Source: Atractiella rhizophila (lineage: Eukaryota). Taken from it: a DNA stretch of 38,243 nt. Positions 11,401-23,288 of the stretch are shown here, piece by piece (within the stretch, counting starts at the first letter, position 1; each line of letters starts with the position of its first letter). The position numbers and the translations under genes are program-made. The stretch covers positions 1 through 38,243 of the forward strand of contig MU271624.1 of the NCBI GenBank assembly GCA_021432655.1. The letters run 5' to 3'. The notes under the pieces were generated by a model. It made no database searches and had not been told where the DNA came from. It saw only the letters and a program-made list of their open reading frames with translations.

Positions 11401-12960
11401 CATGGGCGGCGGCGCGGATAGTGAGGTGGACAAAGGACTTGGCAGGATGTGACATTTTCTTTTGAGAGAAAGAACGATTGGGTTAGGTTGGAAAGAACGA
11501 ATAGGCCGGCTTTCGAGTGAAAAGTCAGGCCAGCTTGTCGCAACCATTTTGTTAGTAAAAGTGAAAAGCTGAAAGGAAGGAAAGCATAGATGGCACACCT
11601 GACCAAGTGTACAACCGGCCAGCGTTTTACTTTTACCAAATCAAAAGAGAAAAAGAGGTCGACGTTGTACAACTGCAAGAGCTCGACGTCGATGCTCGTT
11701 ACGCATCAAGGCTCCAGTTACTCAACAGTAGCTCGCTCCTCCGAGGCGAAGGTTGGAGGTGGGCAGATGGAGAGGGCGGGAGAAAGAGTTATGAATTGTC
11801 GATTGTCGTCCAGACAACCAAGGAAGCAGGCGACTCTACTTCCAGCTTCTTGTGACCTTTCTATTATTCAAAGGGTGTGGGCAGATCGCAACGCTTTTGT
11901 TGAACACCTACCTAGAGCTCTTGCTCTTGCTCGCACGTCACAGCTTCTTCCTTATCCCAACCTCTTTCAGAACAAGCTGATTCCTTCGGTGCAAATTGCT
12001 CGACCTCCCAGCGAATTCGAGCTCACTGATGTACACAACACATAGAAACAACAAAAGGAATGGAGATGAAGAAGCTGAGGTCGCTGAGACTTTGAGGAAA
12101 GGTCAATGCGAAACGCGTGTCGTTTCTTTCGATCATAGAACAGTGGATGATATCCGTCCGCCCGCTGAACCCAAAAGATATTTAAGTTTACGGTTGGCAC
12201 AAGTTTTGGATAGGATGGGAAACGCTGGGAAACGCGAAGCACTCAGACCAGTTTCTGTAGGAAGTTGAGGTTGACGTGACCAGGTGCGAGTTCATGTGCT
12301 CGCGATTTGACATTTTGAACTCAGCTTCAGCGGTCCGCTATTTGACATGCTCCAATCCTGTTATGTTCATTATCACACACAATTTTGCCAGTAAAAAATC
12401 TCAAACATCGGGAAATCGTCCCCAGCCCATTGAAGGCAATATTGTTGACAAGTAGTTAACAGTTGTTCTCTATCGAGGTAGTTGCCTTGGTCGCTCAGCG
12501 TAAACTTATGAACCTGAAGTTTGCATTTCGACCTACATGTAACATGAAAACTTCTCCACTACCCACTTCTTTCCACATTTCAGTCTCGGCCGCCCTGGGT
12601 CGTGCAATTTTCGCAGAAGACGTCCTTTGGCCTGGTTATTCTACAGCTCAAGTATGCGAAGAGAGGAAACATCAGGGGTTCAAACAGAGTACTTGCCGAA
12701 GATGGTCCCTTCCCAGAGGGCTAGTCGTTGGACGTACTATATAACAAGAACAACATTGGACGATGCCATGTTAGGTAGTAGATTCTTGTCATAATGGTGT
12801 TTGTTTGCGCACGTCACATCTTCATCTTTTTCCAATCTTTGTCTCCATTGCTTAAATGACCATTATTCGGTGAAGAAGTGGCTGTAATGGATGCGGCTTA
12901 TGACAGAAATTATTCTGCTAGCTTTTCCAGTCAAGCTGACTCCGCCTCGTAGAATTGTGG
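7022..12960. repeat. Direct tandem duplication: copy 1 7022-9983, copy 2 9985-12960
   Basis: Both copies begin ccaggtggacctaaccagc and end ctccgcctcgtagaattgtgg. They are colinear throughout, with scattered SNPs and small non-coding indels, and the ORF track repeats at an offset of ~2963. Confidence 0.97.
9954..11455 (-). CDS. Predicted 7-TM membrane protein, copy 2, C-terminally truncated at the duplication junction (~440 aa)
   Basis: Protein identical to copy 1 up to ...WLGPPG, then PQFYEAESA-stop read from sequence across the junction. Confidence 0.75.
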
Positions 12961-13689
12961 TGATGTATAATTTTCATGCCATAAAAAAATAATCATGAAC
13001 CGTTGCGACCTAGGCTTTTGATATGCTCGACAGGTCAATTTGTGACCCTATGACTGGTTCCCGCTCACTTGCAACCCCTTCCAGGTTCGGGCGAGCACAA
13101 GGCGATACTGTGCAGAGAGAGAATCAAACTTCGACCAACCCTGACGAATTCATCGAGATTACGCTTGGAGCTTGAACGCCATAGTGACGAAGTCACCTCG
13201 TTGTCACTCTAAACCCTCTGAAGGTGGCATGGAGCGGAGGCGAGTTTAAAGCGGGGCAACCTACGTATGACGTTCGATGGTAGATTGGGATTGTTTCATC
13301 GAGCAGGAATGACTGTCGCTCAATAAGCGTCAAATTGGGATTCTAATTTGTTTCAACTTGCAAGGATTTACGAAGGCACAATATTGAAATATCTATAAAC
13401 GCTTCTCTCGAATATTACTCTACAGCTCCTCCGTCATCACCAGTCGATCTTTGCTCCGGATCCACCAATCGTCACCATCACCCAGCAATTTGAGAAGCAG
13501 GATCAGAGAGAGATTGCGTCGATGTCGATCTTCCCATTCTGCGATGAACGTTTGTGGCTTTGACTGTGGCTGTAATTGCAGCGAGTTGGATGCGATTGCT
13601 TGTGGGCAACTCTGATTACATGACGTTGGCATTCAAAGTCCAAGAGTAGTCGTCACGATAGTGGGGTGCAAAATCAGGCTCTCCAAAGG

Positions 13690-13696
13690 TATAAAA
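13690..13696 (+). promoter_or_regulatory. Putative TATA box of the hydrophobin gene
   Basis: TATAAAA about 115 bp upstream of the ATG at 13811. Confidence 0.5.
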
Positions 13697-13810
13697 AGGG
13701 CAATGGATTCTGGGACAACCCATCTTCTCAAGGTCCACAGGTTTCGTTCTCTCCAACCATCTCTCAAACACCTCCAAGTTTCATTTTTGCAAGAAAATCG
13801 TATTATAGCT

Positions 13811-14257
13811 ATGAAATTCTTCACTGTCATCGCCAGCCTCGCTGTTTTCACCGCTGGTACGCTTCCCTACACAACAAATGTCAAAGCTAACCCGGATGAC
13901 AGTGGCAGCGTCCCCCGTGGAGACTCGCCAGGTCTACCAGTGCGCATCTGGCTCTCCTCAATGCTGCGCCACGGACGTATTGGGATTGGCGGATTTGGAT
14001 TGTGCTTCTCGTTCGTCTCCCTTATCTCTCCGTCAAGAGCTCGTGTACTAATTTGATTCATGTGAACCTTGTACTGCAGCTCCTACGACGCCAACTTCCC
14101 AGACCAACTTCATTGATATCTGTGCTGACATCGGACAAAGGGCTCGCTGCTGCATCTTGCCCGTCGTACGTCTCTTCTCCGTCTAGCTCACAATCACTAG
14201 TTATTGACACCTGTCCTGTGGCAGTTGGGTCAAGCTTTGATCTGCAGCAACCCTTGA
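13811..14257 (+). CDS. Class II hydrophobin (cerato-ulmin/HFBII/MHP1 type), 90 aa, secreted
   Basis: Exons 13811-13856, 13903-14010, 14080-14165 and 14225-14257 give MKFFTVIASLAVFTAVAASPVETRQVYQCASGSPQCCATDVLGLADLDCASPPTTPTSQTNFIDICADIGQRARCCILPVLGQALICSNP. This is a signal peptide plus C-X6-CC-X11-C-X16-C-X8-CC-X10-C. Confidence 0.95.
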
Positions 14258-14912
14258 AGAAACTCTAGTGCATGCTCACGACGCAAAACGTCGATGGCTG
14301 AGAGGGACACTATGTAGTGAACAGTAAAGCCTTGGTTTCTCGTCATTTTTTGTCCATAGCTGGCATTTTTCCCAATAAATTTAGTCCAAATTTTCTTCTC
14401 ACTCCAAGGTGCCTTACCTCAGAGCTCTATCAGATTGATTGGCGTATACCCTGACGGTAGGTCCGGCATTCAACATTCAGTGTTCAAATTTCAAGCTCTA
14501 GCATTCATGATAACAATGAGGAGAGGGCGGAATCGTGGTCGGGTGAGATCAGGGACGGGTATAGCGATGACGATGGTATAAAAAATGATATTTTACGTCC
14601 ATTCACTTCTACACATCCAATGAACGGTCACAAAAGCAAAAGCTGGCACACCTCACTTTCATCTCCAACCGCGACGTGAACACCAACTGAATGATAAATA
14701 CCAGAAACGAATAAATCGATCTACTTCTAGAATATACGAATGATATGGAATCCTCCGTCTAAGGATGTACAGGGTAATGACCCTGTTCTTTTTTCGTGGA
14801 TAAAGGATGCATGGTTGGTCGAACGCTGGCAGGAGACAGGATAGAATGTACGTTGCATGAGGCGGCGTGATTGATGAGAGACGGGGATGGAAGGAGCAGG
14901 AAGTGATGTCTT

Positions 14913-16296
14913 CTACTTCCTCTGTGCAACCCAAACCTTCACATAACTGCCACCGAATCAGTAAATTTGACTTAAGTGGGCAGGAAGGAGGACGTACTCA
15001 GCAAAGCTGACCATACAAACTGTCTGCCATGCTCCTAAACAAATCCTCGGCGTCACACCACGGTACAAGCCTTTGAGTCCATTCTCTTTGTAGATATAAG
15101 AGAGCGTGTTAAAGATCGTCATCTTCTCCGGACGGTTAACGGATGTCTGTTTGGCCATACTCTGCATCTCGACTCGGACGACTTCGATGGGTTGATTCCA
15201 GCAAGCTAGCGCTCCACCTTGTAATATGACGGTGTGAGAACAGATTCAACGAAGGTAGAAAGAGTGGAGACAACGGACCGAGAGATGAAGCCACAACCTT
15301 GTCTACTGCACCTAGCTTCGCGTCCTCTCCGACACCTCTCGACTTCCGAATCATCTGTTCAATGAGACGAGCGAATCCCATTCTACGACCCGACATCGCA
15401 GTTAACACTTTTCTCCACGACCCAAGGCAAAAGAGAGGCATACCGAGAACCCCAGTTTGTCATTTGCCTCAACGCGACAGCGTTTACTCCTTTATTGATA
15501 CCCTTGATACCTTCCCGTCGCCAAATGTCGCCGAAAACGGCCCAAGTGGAAGGAGGTTTAATTCCAGCTTCCATTTGCTTATGTCGCGTGCTGGTCGGAA
15601 CCATCAGGTTCTTGGTCAGTGCGAAGAAAGGGGAAGAACGAACATCTCGGCTGTTTTCATTGCCTGTAAGGTAGCGCAAGATATTAGCGCTTGCACAACA
15701 GAAGAAGAGGATGACGCACAGTACAGAAACCCATCGTTGCATAAGCTTGACAAATACCACCTCCCATACCTCCTATTAAACCAGCAGAGGCTGGGGAGAC
15801 ACCAAGAGCGTTGACGGAAGCGTTCTCGATTTCAGCGGCTGTGAAGAGAAGGACACCTCCTTTCGTGCTCGCTTCAATCCATGCCTGTTTTTGTTCAGGC
15901 TCCGACTTCAGATTGAAGGAAGCTGACACACCCATGGTATGAGACCTTGGTAGACTGCATTCCACACGTAAGATTAATGTCAAATACAGAGAAACAAAAG
16001 AGAGCCGTACACCCAAGAACTCCACCGCGATTCCACACCTTCCCAACAGCCGTGGCCATACTATCTCCCCTCTGAGCAGCCATCTGGGTCTTCAAAACCT
16101 CAAAGGGCTGTCCAAGCGTCGTAACCTCAAACATATTCATAATAGCGCCTAAGAACCAACCCGAAAACAGCACACGTCAAATACCCAATTCTACGCTTGC
16201 TAATTGAGGTCGAGAAGACGTACCAACAGCGATATTGGACCAGTTGACCTTCTTGCGTTGGCCTGGAATGACGGGTTCTGAAGCTACTGGTGCCAT
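14913..16296 (-). CDS. YHM2: Mitochondrial citrate/2-oxoglutarate carrier (Yhm2-like), multi-exon
   Basis: [92 protein letters not shown] and [13 protein letters not shown] are Yhm2-specific carrier segments. Confidence 0.93.
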
Positions 16297-16942
16297 TGTT
16301 ATGCTGCTTGGTGTGAAGGGAGGGAAGTGAAGCGAGGGCGCAAAAGAGGGAGTGGTGGAAGATTGGAGAAAGAAGAGGCTGAAAAAGCGTTGGGGAGCCG
16401 TAAGTTACCGATCCCTTGGGCCGAGGGTTGGGTTGGGTGCTGCATCCCAAACAACCAAGAGTTCTTTGAGGAATCCAATATTATTATCTGCTTTCTCCAA
16501 TGTGGAAACAAAGTCCGATGCTTGGAACAAGGGCTGACTTCGGCGGATTGAGGCGATGGTTCTGACCAAGCGTTGGTCTTGAAAGAGGTATTGTACTACA
16601 AACGAGAAGAGCTGTGGCATGTAATCCAAAGTTTGTCAAGTCTTTTCCATGAGCTCCTAGGTACTGTGTTGTTTGCTACCTCAAGCTTTTCCTGCCAATG
16701 ATGCAGGTAGTCAAATCGACGTGTGTCGCTACAAGTACGACTGTTCATAATTTGAAACAAGCAGCTGTATCATTTCGTCTTCAATAGTTATTCTTTATAA
16801 ACTATAACAACATTAGCAAGGTTCCATAACGCTATACGAGTTTGTAATTAGAGTTGCTGCAAACTCCAAGACAATATCTGTAGTCAGTGTTATCATTATC
16901 CGTCAGTAAAATGAGGAAATCTATAAAAAAAAAAAACCTTAC

Positions 16943-17779
16943 TCAAGGTCTAATAAACCATTCACAAAGGATAGCGAGCGCAGTCCCTTCATTTGTCTTA
17001 CAAGTTGCAAAATGAGTTTTAATGACACTGGGCCTCTTCTTGGCAGTCGTGAACCTGCCACAAGGGCAATTTTGATAAAGTAACCAGTCATTGGCGTTCT
17101 CCGTATCGGGGAATATCTCTTGTCCATCCACTTGAACGCTATTGTATGTCCCTGGCGCGAAGACCACATATTCGCGGAAAGTGGGCGCTCGTGTATCTTC
17201 TTGACTGGCCAACGAAAGAAGGACGTCGTTATGGACTATCAACGAGAATTCTTCGGAGAACCAGAGTGTGAAATGTGTCGTGCTGTTGAAGATTTGGATG
17301 CCTAGGACTTGCTTCAGTGGCTCTATCCATGCTGTAAATGGAGAGACCTTTGCCTTACCCGACATGATGAGACGTTCTATGTTGCAGTAGCGCTGCTGGT
17401 GTTTTTTGCGTTTCGGCCTGACACCTCTGAATGAGCTCAAACGTACAACGCTTCTCATACTACATTTTATACTGTTTCGCTGCACGGACCCTCGAGTGCT
17501 CCTTTCAAACTCCGAACCTGTCAATGTTTGTGTTATGATGCTAGGGATTATCTCAGAACTTCGTTTAGCCTGAACAAGGATCGGCCCACCGAAGGAAGGA
17601 TTGTCATTACATGAAAAGGCATCATTCTGAATGAAAAGTTGGGCCGGACGTGTGGGTGCGCTCCACATCCTGAATATGGATGGGTCTCCAGGTAGTATTA
17701 TCTCCCATGTCGATTGCGTAGGACACACGGGGATACCCAAGTTTGCAAACATTGACAAGTTCCCCGAAACAATGATCAA
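16943..17779 (-). CDS. Orphan 278-codon ORF, hypothetical
   Basis: Long stop-free frame in an otherwise unexplained interval. No family recognised and the start is uncertain. Confidence 0.3.
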   Translation of the reverse strand: MIIVSGNLSMFANLGIPVCPTQSTWEIILPGDPSIFRMWSAPTRPAQLFIQNDAFSCNDNPSFGGPILVQAKRSSEIIPSIITQTLTGSEFERSTRGSVQRNSIKCSMRSVVRLSSFRGVRPKRKKHQQRYCNIERLIMSGKAKVSPFTAWIEPLKQVLGIQIFNSTTHFTLWFSEEFSLIVHNDVLLSLASQEDTRAPTFREYVVFAPGTYNSVQVDGQEIFPDTENANDWLLYQNCPCGRFTTAKKRPSVIKTHFATCKTNEGTALAILCEWFIRP

Positions 17780-18289
17780 TGATCAATCAAGCCCATGAAC
17801 CAATCTATTCCGTCCATTCCACTTGTCGCTGACGTCGCGTCGTCACGACACCGACATCTTTTGAATCCGATTGATCTCAAAACATTCATCGTTCTTTCTT
17901 CGCTTTTACAAGCGTAATCAAGCTAATCATGGTTACTCATTCTGATGTCTTTCGCTTACGGGGCATCATTAGATGATGCTCGGCTGCCATCTTCTTGAAT
18001 GTTATCTTACGAGGGTCATTTCAGCCTTTGTTGTTTTCGTTGCGCTGGTTTGGCTTGATGCCTGTGTTTATCGCCAGGTTCACAATCTCAAGTGTCGTGC
18101 TCCACTTTGCCATATATTTATTTAATGAATTATGAACCTCCTCTTTTTTCTCTGAGGGGAGGTGCGGAATGCGTGACGTAATGTCCACTACCCAACGCGC
18201 AGGTACCACCATCCAGACCAATAACATTGGATAACCCAGGATAACGCACAGGCGCCTGATAAACCTAGTCCTAAGCGAGAAATACGACC

Positions 18290-18699
18290 ATGCCTCCTTG
18301 TGGATGTCCCGATCGCAAGCTCCCTGATGGAAGCATCCAAAAGTGCCAATGTGGGGTGCGTTGAATCCACTTACTTTGCCCATCGCGTTATCCGTTCATC
18401 TCCCTTGTCGTCAGCCCTGTTCATCAGGGCAGCTTTCTGACTGTACCTGCAACAAATCTACTGGCTGCGCGTGCCAGGGCATCTCGTGCGTCTCCACCTC
18501 CCCCAATTAACGTGTGCTGAGCCGCAGTTACGCAAGTGACCCTGATTCGAGCGTGAAAGCGTGTGTTTGTGGAGACGGATGCTCCTGCAATGATTGTGTT
18601 TGTGGAAAGGCCAGTACAGAGGTGAAAAAAAGTGGGGAGGGCAAGGGGAGCTGTTGCAGTGGTGAAAAGACTAGTGGCTTGGGGAGTGCCTTGACTTAA
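18290..18699 (+). CDS. Metallothionein, 102 aa, 17 Cys
   Basis: Exons 18290-18355, 18415-18485 and 18528-18699 give MPPCGCPDRKLPDGSIQKCQCGPCSSGQLSDCTCNKSTGCACQGISYASDPDSSVKACVCGDGCSCNDCVCGKASTEVKKSGEGKGSCCSGEKTSGLGSALT. Seven CxC motifs plus CC, no signal peptide, a single aromatic residue. Confidence 0.88.
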
Positions 18700-18945
18700 C
18701 GAAGGGAAGCAGGGAGTGAGTTCTGATTTTATCTTAAGGGACCTGGAGTGTAAAGTTGTTGCGCTCATTCAATGATATGGAATCTTTTTGAAACCGAAAT
18801 AATTTTCACGCTGAATTCATCGAAAAGCGATCCATAGTGGAGATTGGGGCAATAGAGCCCACTTCTGCTAGCACTACTGTGTTCGCCCATTCCTAGCCAA
18901 TAAATTCACGTATTCCCGCAGACTATTTACTAGCACTGTGTCTGT

Positions 18946-19677
18946 TTACTCTGTTTCGCTGTCAGCAATGATCGTCTTCTTCATATACTGTCCAATGAAT
19001 CAGGTCAATGATTTGAAGATTAAAATGCGTCTTACCGAGCCAGTGATCCAAAACTGCTCGTTGCTCTGAATGTCCAGCTCCATCCATGATGGTGCATAAT
19101 TGTAGGTCACATAGCCTTTTCGTTTATACATTGCCTCCAAATTGTGCCCCGACTTTCTTTCCTTCCCCGTTCTCCTCCAATAATCGTCATTCCAAAATTC
19201 TTGCTCAGCCAAGCCGATGATGGTCATGTTTCTCACATTAAACCTTGTAAGCGCTACTTGCTCCATCTTATCGATGGCGTCCGAGGCGAAGCCATATCCA
19301 CGGAAGGCGGGCAGCACGAAAAGAGTGCATGGGCTCGCTGAGGGCGAGAGGGAAGGGTCATGTCTAAGCTGAGGAAGGTGCTCGTTTCCATTCTTTTCGA
19401 CGCCGACATGTCCGACTGGGTAGAAAACATGTCCATCCTCATCTTCGATCGCGCGAAGCTCCTCACTGTGGGATTGGAAAAGGGACAGAGGCGTGGTTGG
19501 GACAATCCAAAACATGAGGCGATCCCCTCTGGATACTGAGGCTTCCCAATGATGAATCTCCTCTATTCCCCAACAACAAATAACCCGTTGACGACGTAGC
19601 TCTTCAACGTGAGACGGCGAGTTGAAATTCAGAGGAACATAGCGATTCGATGAGAAAGACTGGATGACAGAGCCCAT
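18946..19677 (-). CDS. GNAT-family N-acetyltransferase
   Basis: PVGHVGVE, LFVLPAFRGYGFASDAIDKME (acetyl-CoA motif A) and MYKRKGY. A terminal intron at 19035-18988 gives the typical ...YMKK end. Confidence 0.85.
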
Positions 19678-20207
19678 TGCTGAGGTGTGCGATAACCACT
19701 GATTGTGAATTGGCTTTCTCAAAGGTCATCATCAAGAAATTATTAGCTGATCTCATTTCAGTGGGGCTCGGCCTTTTCGAGTCAGACTGAGCAACCTCAT
19801 ACTTTCTACACATCATACTGTGAGATCTGGAGTTAATGAGGGATTCACCTAATACATGGACTGTACATTGGTGATTAAAGAGCTAAAATACGCGCACGAT
19901 ATTGATTGGTAACACATATCAACTTCAAAAACACGCCAACAAGCTGGCAGAAAATGGACTAGTTCTGCTCAATAAGGAATGTTCATCGTGGAGCCAACAT
20001 TTAGAAAAGTGGAGGTGGACAACTCCGAGCTCCGTCTACACCTGAGCTCTCGTCCTCTTGCATCGGCGTGACAATCTCCAATGTGGAGGACATCCTTCCC
20101 CTCTGCCCCCGTCTTAGTGGAGCTAGCATGGTAATAAAAAGGCGTGGAGGCGGACGTTTAACTCTAACAAGACAACTGGAGATATTCAGCAGAAGGTTAC
20201 CGTAAAA

Positions 20208-21407
20208 ATGGGAGTTTTCAGATATGATCCTACTCAAGACCTCAACCTCACCGAGCGTACAACGTCGTATGCTGCCATCGACGTGAGAAGGAACGAGAAA
20301 ATACGGGAGGGGATTAAAGGCAAGGTCGTGTTGATAACCGGAGCATCAAAGTTTGTCCTGTCCCGTCAGAGAAGCATACCTCCACTAAAACCAGGTGAAG
20401 GGGGATTGGGAAGGCTATCGCTGAGGGTTTCGCCCTTGCTGGCGCTGCCTCGTTGTACATCTGTGCGAGGGGAGAAAGTGGGCTGTTGAAAGCGAGAGAA
20501 GATATTTTGGAACTCTTAAAGAGTGAAGGGAGAGGAATGCCACGGATTGATTGGAAAGTCTTAGACGTGACCAGCACTGAAGGTGTCAAAGCTACGATTG
20601 AAGACTGTGTGAAAATCAACGGGCGGCTGGATATTGTCGTTAACTGTGCGGCTGTCATGCCGTTATCGACCCCATGTGAGCATTCTCCTCCTTCTCTAGC
20701 TACTCCATCGGCTCACGAGGTCGCTCGGTGCATAGTCCTAGAGACCGATCCTGCGACATGGCATAGCACTATGACCACTAACCTCTTTGGGAACTATTTA
20801 ATCTCACGATTCTCCCTGCCTCACCTTATAACGAGCAAAGGGTACCTGGTTCTCATGTCCACTGCCGGGGCCCAACAAATATTGACTGGCATCAATGACT
20901 ATCAAGTCTCTAAGCATGCGTCAAACAGGCTGGTTGAGATGATTGATTTTGGTAAGTTCTCTGGCCTCTCTGCCTTGTTGCTTCGAACAACCGTTGTGTA
21001 TCATCAGAACATGGCAAAGATGGAGTGAAATGCTTTGCTGTCCATCCTGGAGGCGTCAAGTACGTTCTTATAACGCCTATAACACGTCGTTTTGAACTCA
21101 TTTTCCTTAGGACGGACATGACACTTGGTTTTCCTGACTTGGAAGCATTCATGACCGATGATCCAAGCCTTCCAGGACATGGAATTGTCAGGTCTGCTCC
21201 CCCACCGCATCATTTGTATTATAACTGAGCACATTTCGCTTGCGCAGGTTATGTTCAGGGACGGAGGATTGGCTGTCTGGCCGTTACGTCGCCTGCCCTT
21301 GGGACATTGACGAGTTGAATAGAGAGGATTTGAAGAGGAAGATAATTGAGACGGATGCGCTCAAAAACAAGTTGTTGGTGCCGGAAGGCTTCCGAAAGTC
21401 GGGTTAA
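20208..21407 (+). CDS. Short-chain dehydrogenase/reductase (classical SDR), multi-exon
   Basis: VVLITGASK/GIGKAIAEGFALAGA (TGxxxGxG), GRLDIVVNCAA, YQVSK (YxxxK), FAVHPGGVKT, DWLSGRYVACPWDIDEL. Confidence 0.92.
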
Positions 21408-22057
21408 AATAGATTTTTGGGAAGGATTGCTCATTGCTCATAGCCAAATTGAAATTTCACCACTCAATCAAGTATTATGTTAAAGTGTGCGTGGTACTCG
21501 GAAACTTGTCTTCAACCTCGCGATGGCACTGATCAAATCAGTTGGAGAAGCGATGCGGCATGGTTGAAAAGTAAGAAATGAAGAGAGAGAGAGAACGCGC
21601 ATGCTAGGAATTCCGTGTTGACGAAAAGAAATCTCCTTTCCACTCTAGTCGACTCCGCAATGAAGTAGCATCACAACCTTCTAGATTACCCTGTATGAGG
21701 TTATGACGATAAAGGGTTACGCATGCATGCTTCCTCGACACTTGCATATAACAACATGACTTTATTTCCGGAAGACTGTTGTGTGATGAATTTTCTATCG
21801 CAGCCCGCCAATTTGGATGACTGCCTTGCGACATATTTATTGGGATGTGGAATTTGCCAGGTTCTGTAGTCCCACATATCTCACTCGTTGGCTGAAGGTA
21901 TTGCCTGACTGCAATTTCCAAGAAAGTCACAATGTTACTGCACGTCTAGTTGAAGAATGCAACAGCCAAATGCAATGCGAACTATTGACATATGGTGGAA
22001 ACATAAAGCGAAGAGGAGCTCCCAAATAGACGCGTGATTAAAAGGATAACTCACTGA

Positions 22058-23288
22058 CTAATTCTCCATCTCGCCTTCCTCCATGCTCCCCCTCCTACTC
22101 CGACGTCTGCTCCTCTCCTCTTCCATTTCCTCATCTTCATCTTCCCTTCGCCTCTTCCCAAGTCCCTCTTCTTCAACTCCCATCTTCACGTCTCCATCTA
22201 CATCCGTATCGCCTTCTCCATAATTCACCATCCTTCGCCTCACAGTGGCACCAGACTCTTCCTTATCCCGAGAGTTCGAGCGACGAGGTGTGTTCTCACC
22301 CGTCTCCATCTCACCCGGTTCCCGAGATCCAAGCCTCGAAGGAAGCACCGAACCTGAACTTTTTGGAATAAAAGGCGTGGCATCAGGGTTGAGACTGCCT
22401 TTGCGCTCCCCTCTTTCTTCTCCCTCTTCACCATCATCTCCCTCCCTTCGTTCTCCCTCTTCTCCTTCTCTCACCTCTCCCTCGCCTCCATCTCCATCTC
22501 CGACTTCTAAAGAATTATTCTCATTCTCCTCCGCGTCAGCAGCTTCCAAATCCACATCTCCAGCCAAACGTCGTGCTTCCCTGAACTTCTCCTCCTTGAT
22601 TGCCTCGCCCAGTTCATTCAGCGTCGCCACCGCTGCATCAAACACTTCTCTCCTTGCCGCCCACTTGGATCCGTAGCCGTCTCGCTCGGATTGGAGTTCT
22701 GCGATCTCAGACTCTAGACGCTGGATGGTAGAAACGGAGGAAGCACGGGAAGGGTGAGAGGCGATTTGGCGGGAGAGGGAGTTGTATGCTAGCTTTCTGG
22801 AACGAGAGAGGAGAGAGGATTCGAGCTGAAGCGTGAGGGTGGAAATTTGGGCAGCCGTTTGTTCGCACGCTCGTTCTGTGTTATGTACCGATATGAATTG
22901 ACACTGTCCAAGTTGTACCCAAAACTTAATGGAGTTGCATACCAATTTTTTCCTTTTCTGTTTCAATAGCACCCTCATTATCATCAGTGACCATTCCGTC
23001 ACCAGCACCCAAAGCCATTCGCTCCTCCTCCGCCCATTTTCTCACACCAATCACCTTCTCCTCCCACTCCTCCTTCCACTTCCCAAAATCACCCAACAGA
23101 TAGAAATAGTTGGCCAAAAGATCTTCTCTCCATTCTTCTACTTCCTCCGCGCTACTGGTCGAGGGGAGAGCTGAGCAGGATGAGACGGCGACGAAACGCT
23201 TGATGAATCGTCTGACTGCACGATCGTCGGGTTGCTGTTGGCGCAGGTGTGAGAGTTTGGAGGACGCCTTTTCTGTAGCTGCTGACAT
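22058..23288 (-). CDS. THOC7: THO complex subunit 7 (Thoc7/Mft1-like)
   Basis: DDRAVRRFIKRF N-terminus; coiled-coil ISTLTLQLESS..RSRKLAYNSLSRQIASHPSR..IQRLESEIAEL..WAARREVFD..L; acidic disordered tail. One intron near 22940-22880. Confidence 0.75.

Noticed and set aside
13661..14268. ORF-track entries of 131, 74, 64 and 88 aa
   Set aside because: Unspliced read-throughs and shadows of the hydrophobin exons.
18021..18768. Minus-strand ORFs of 120 and 114 aa
   Set aside because: Antisense to the well-supported metallothionein and its promoter, with no motifs.
21604..22029. Short ORFs between SDR and THOC7, including an IDIWWKH string reminiscent of hAT transposase
   Set aside because: A single short motif with stops around it and no terminal repeats; insufficient support.
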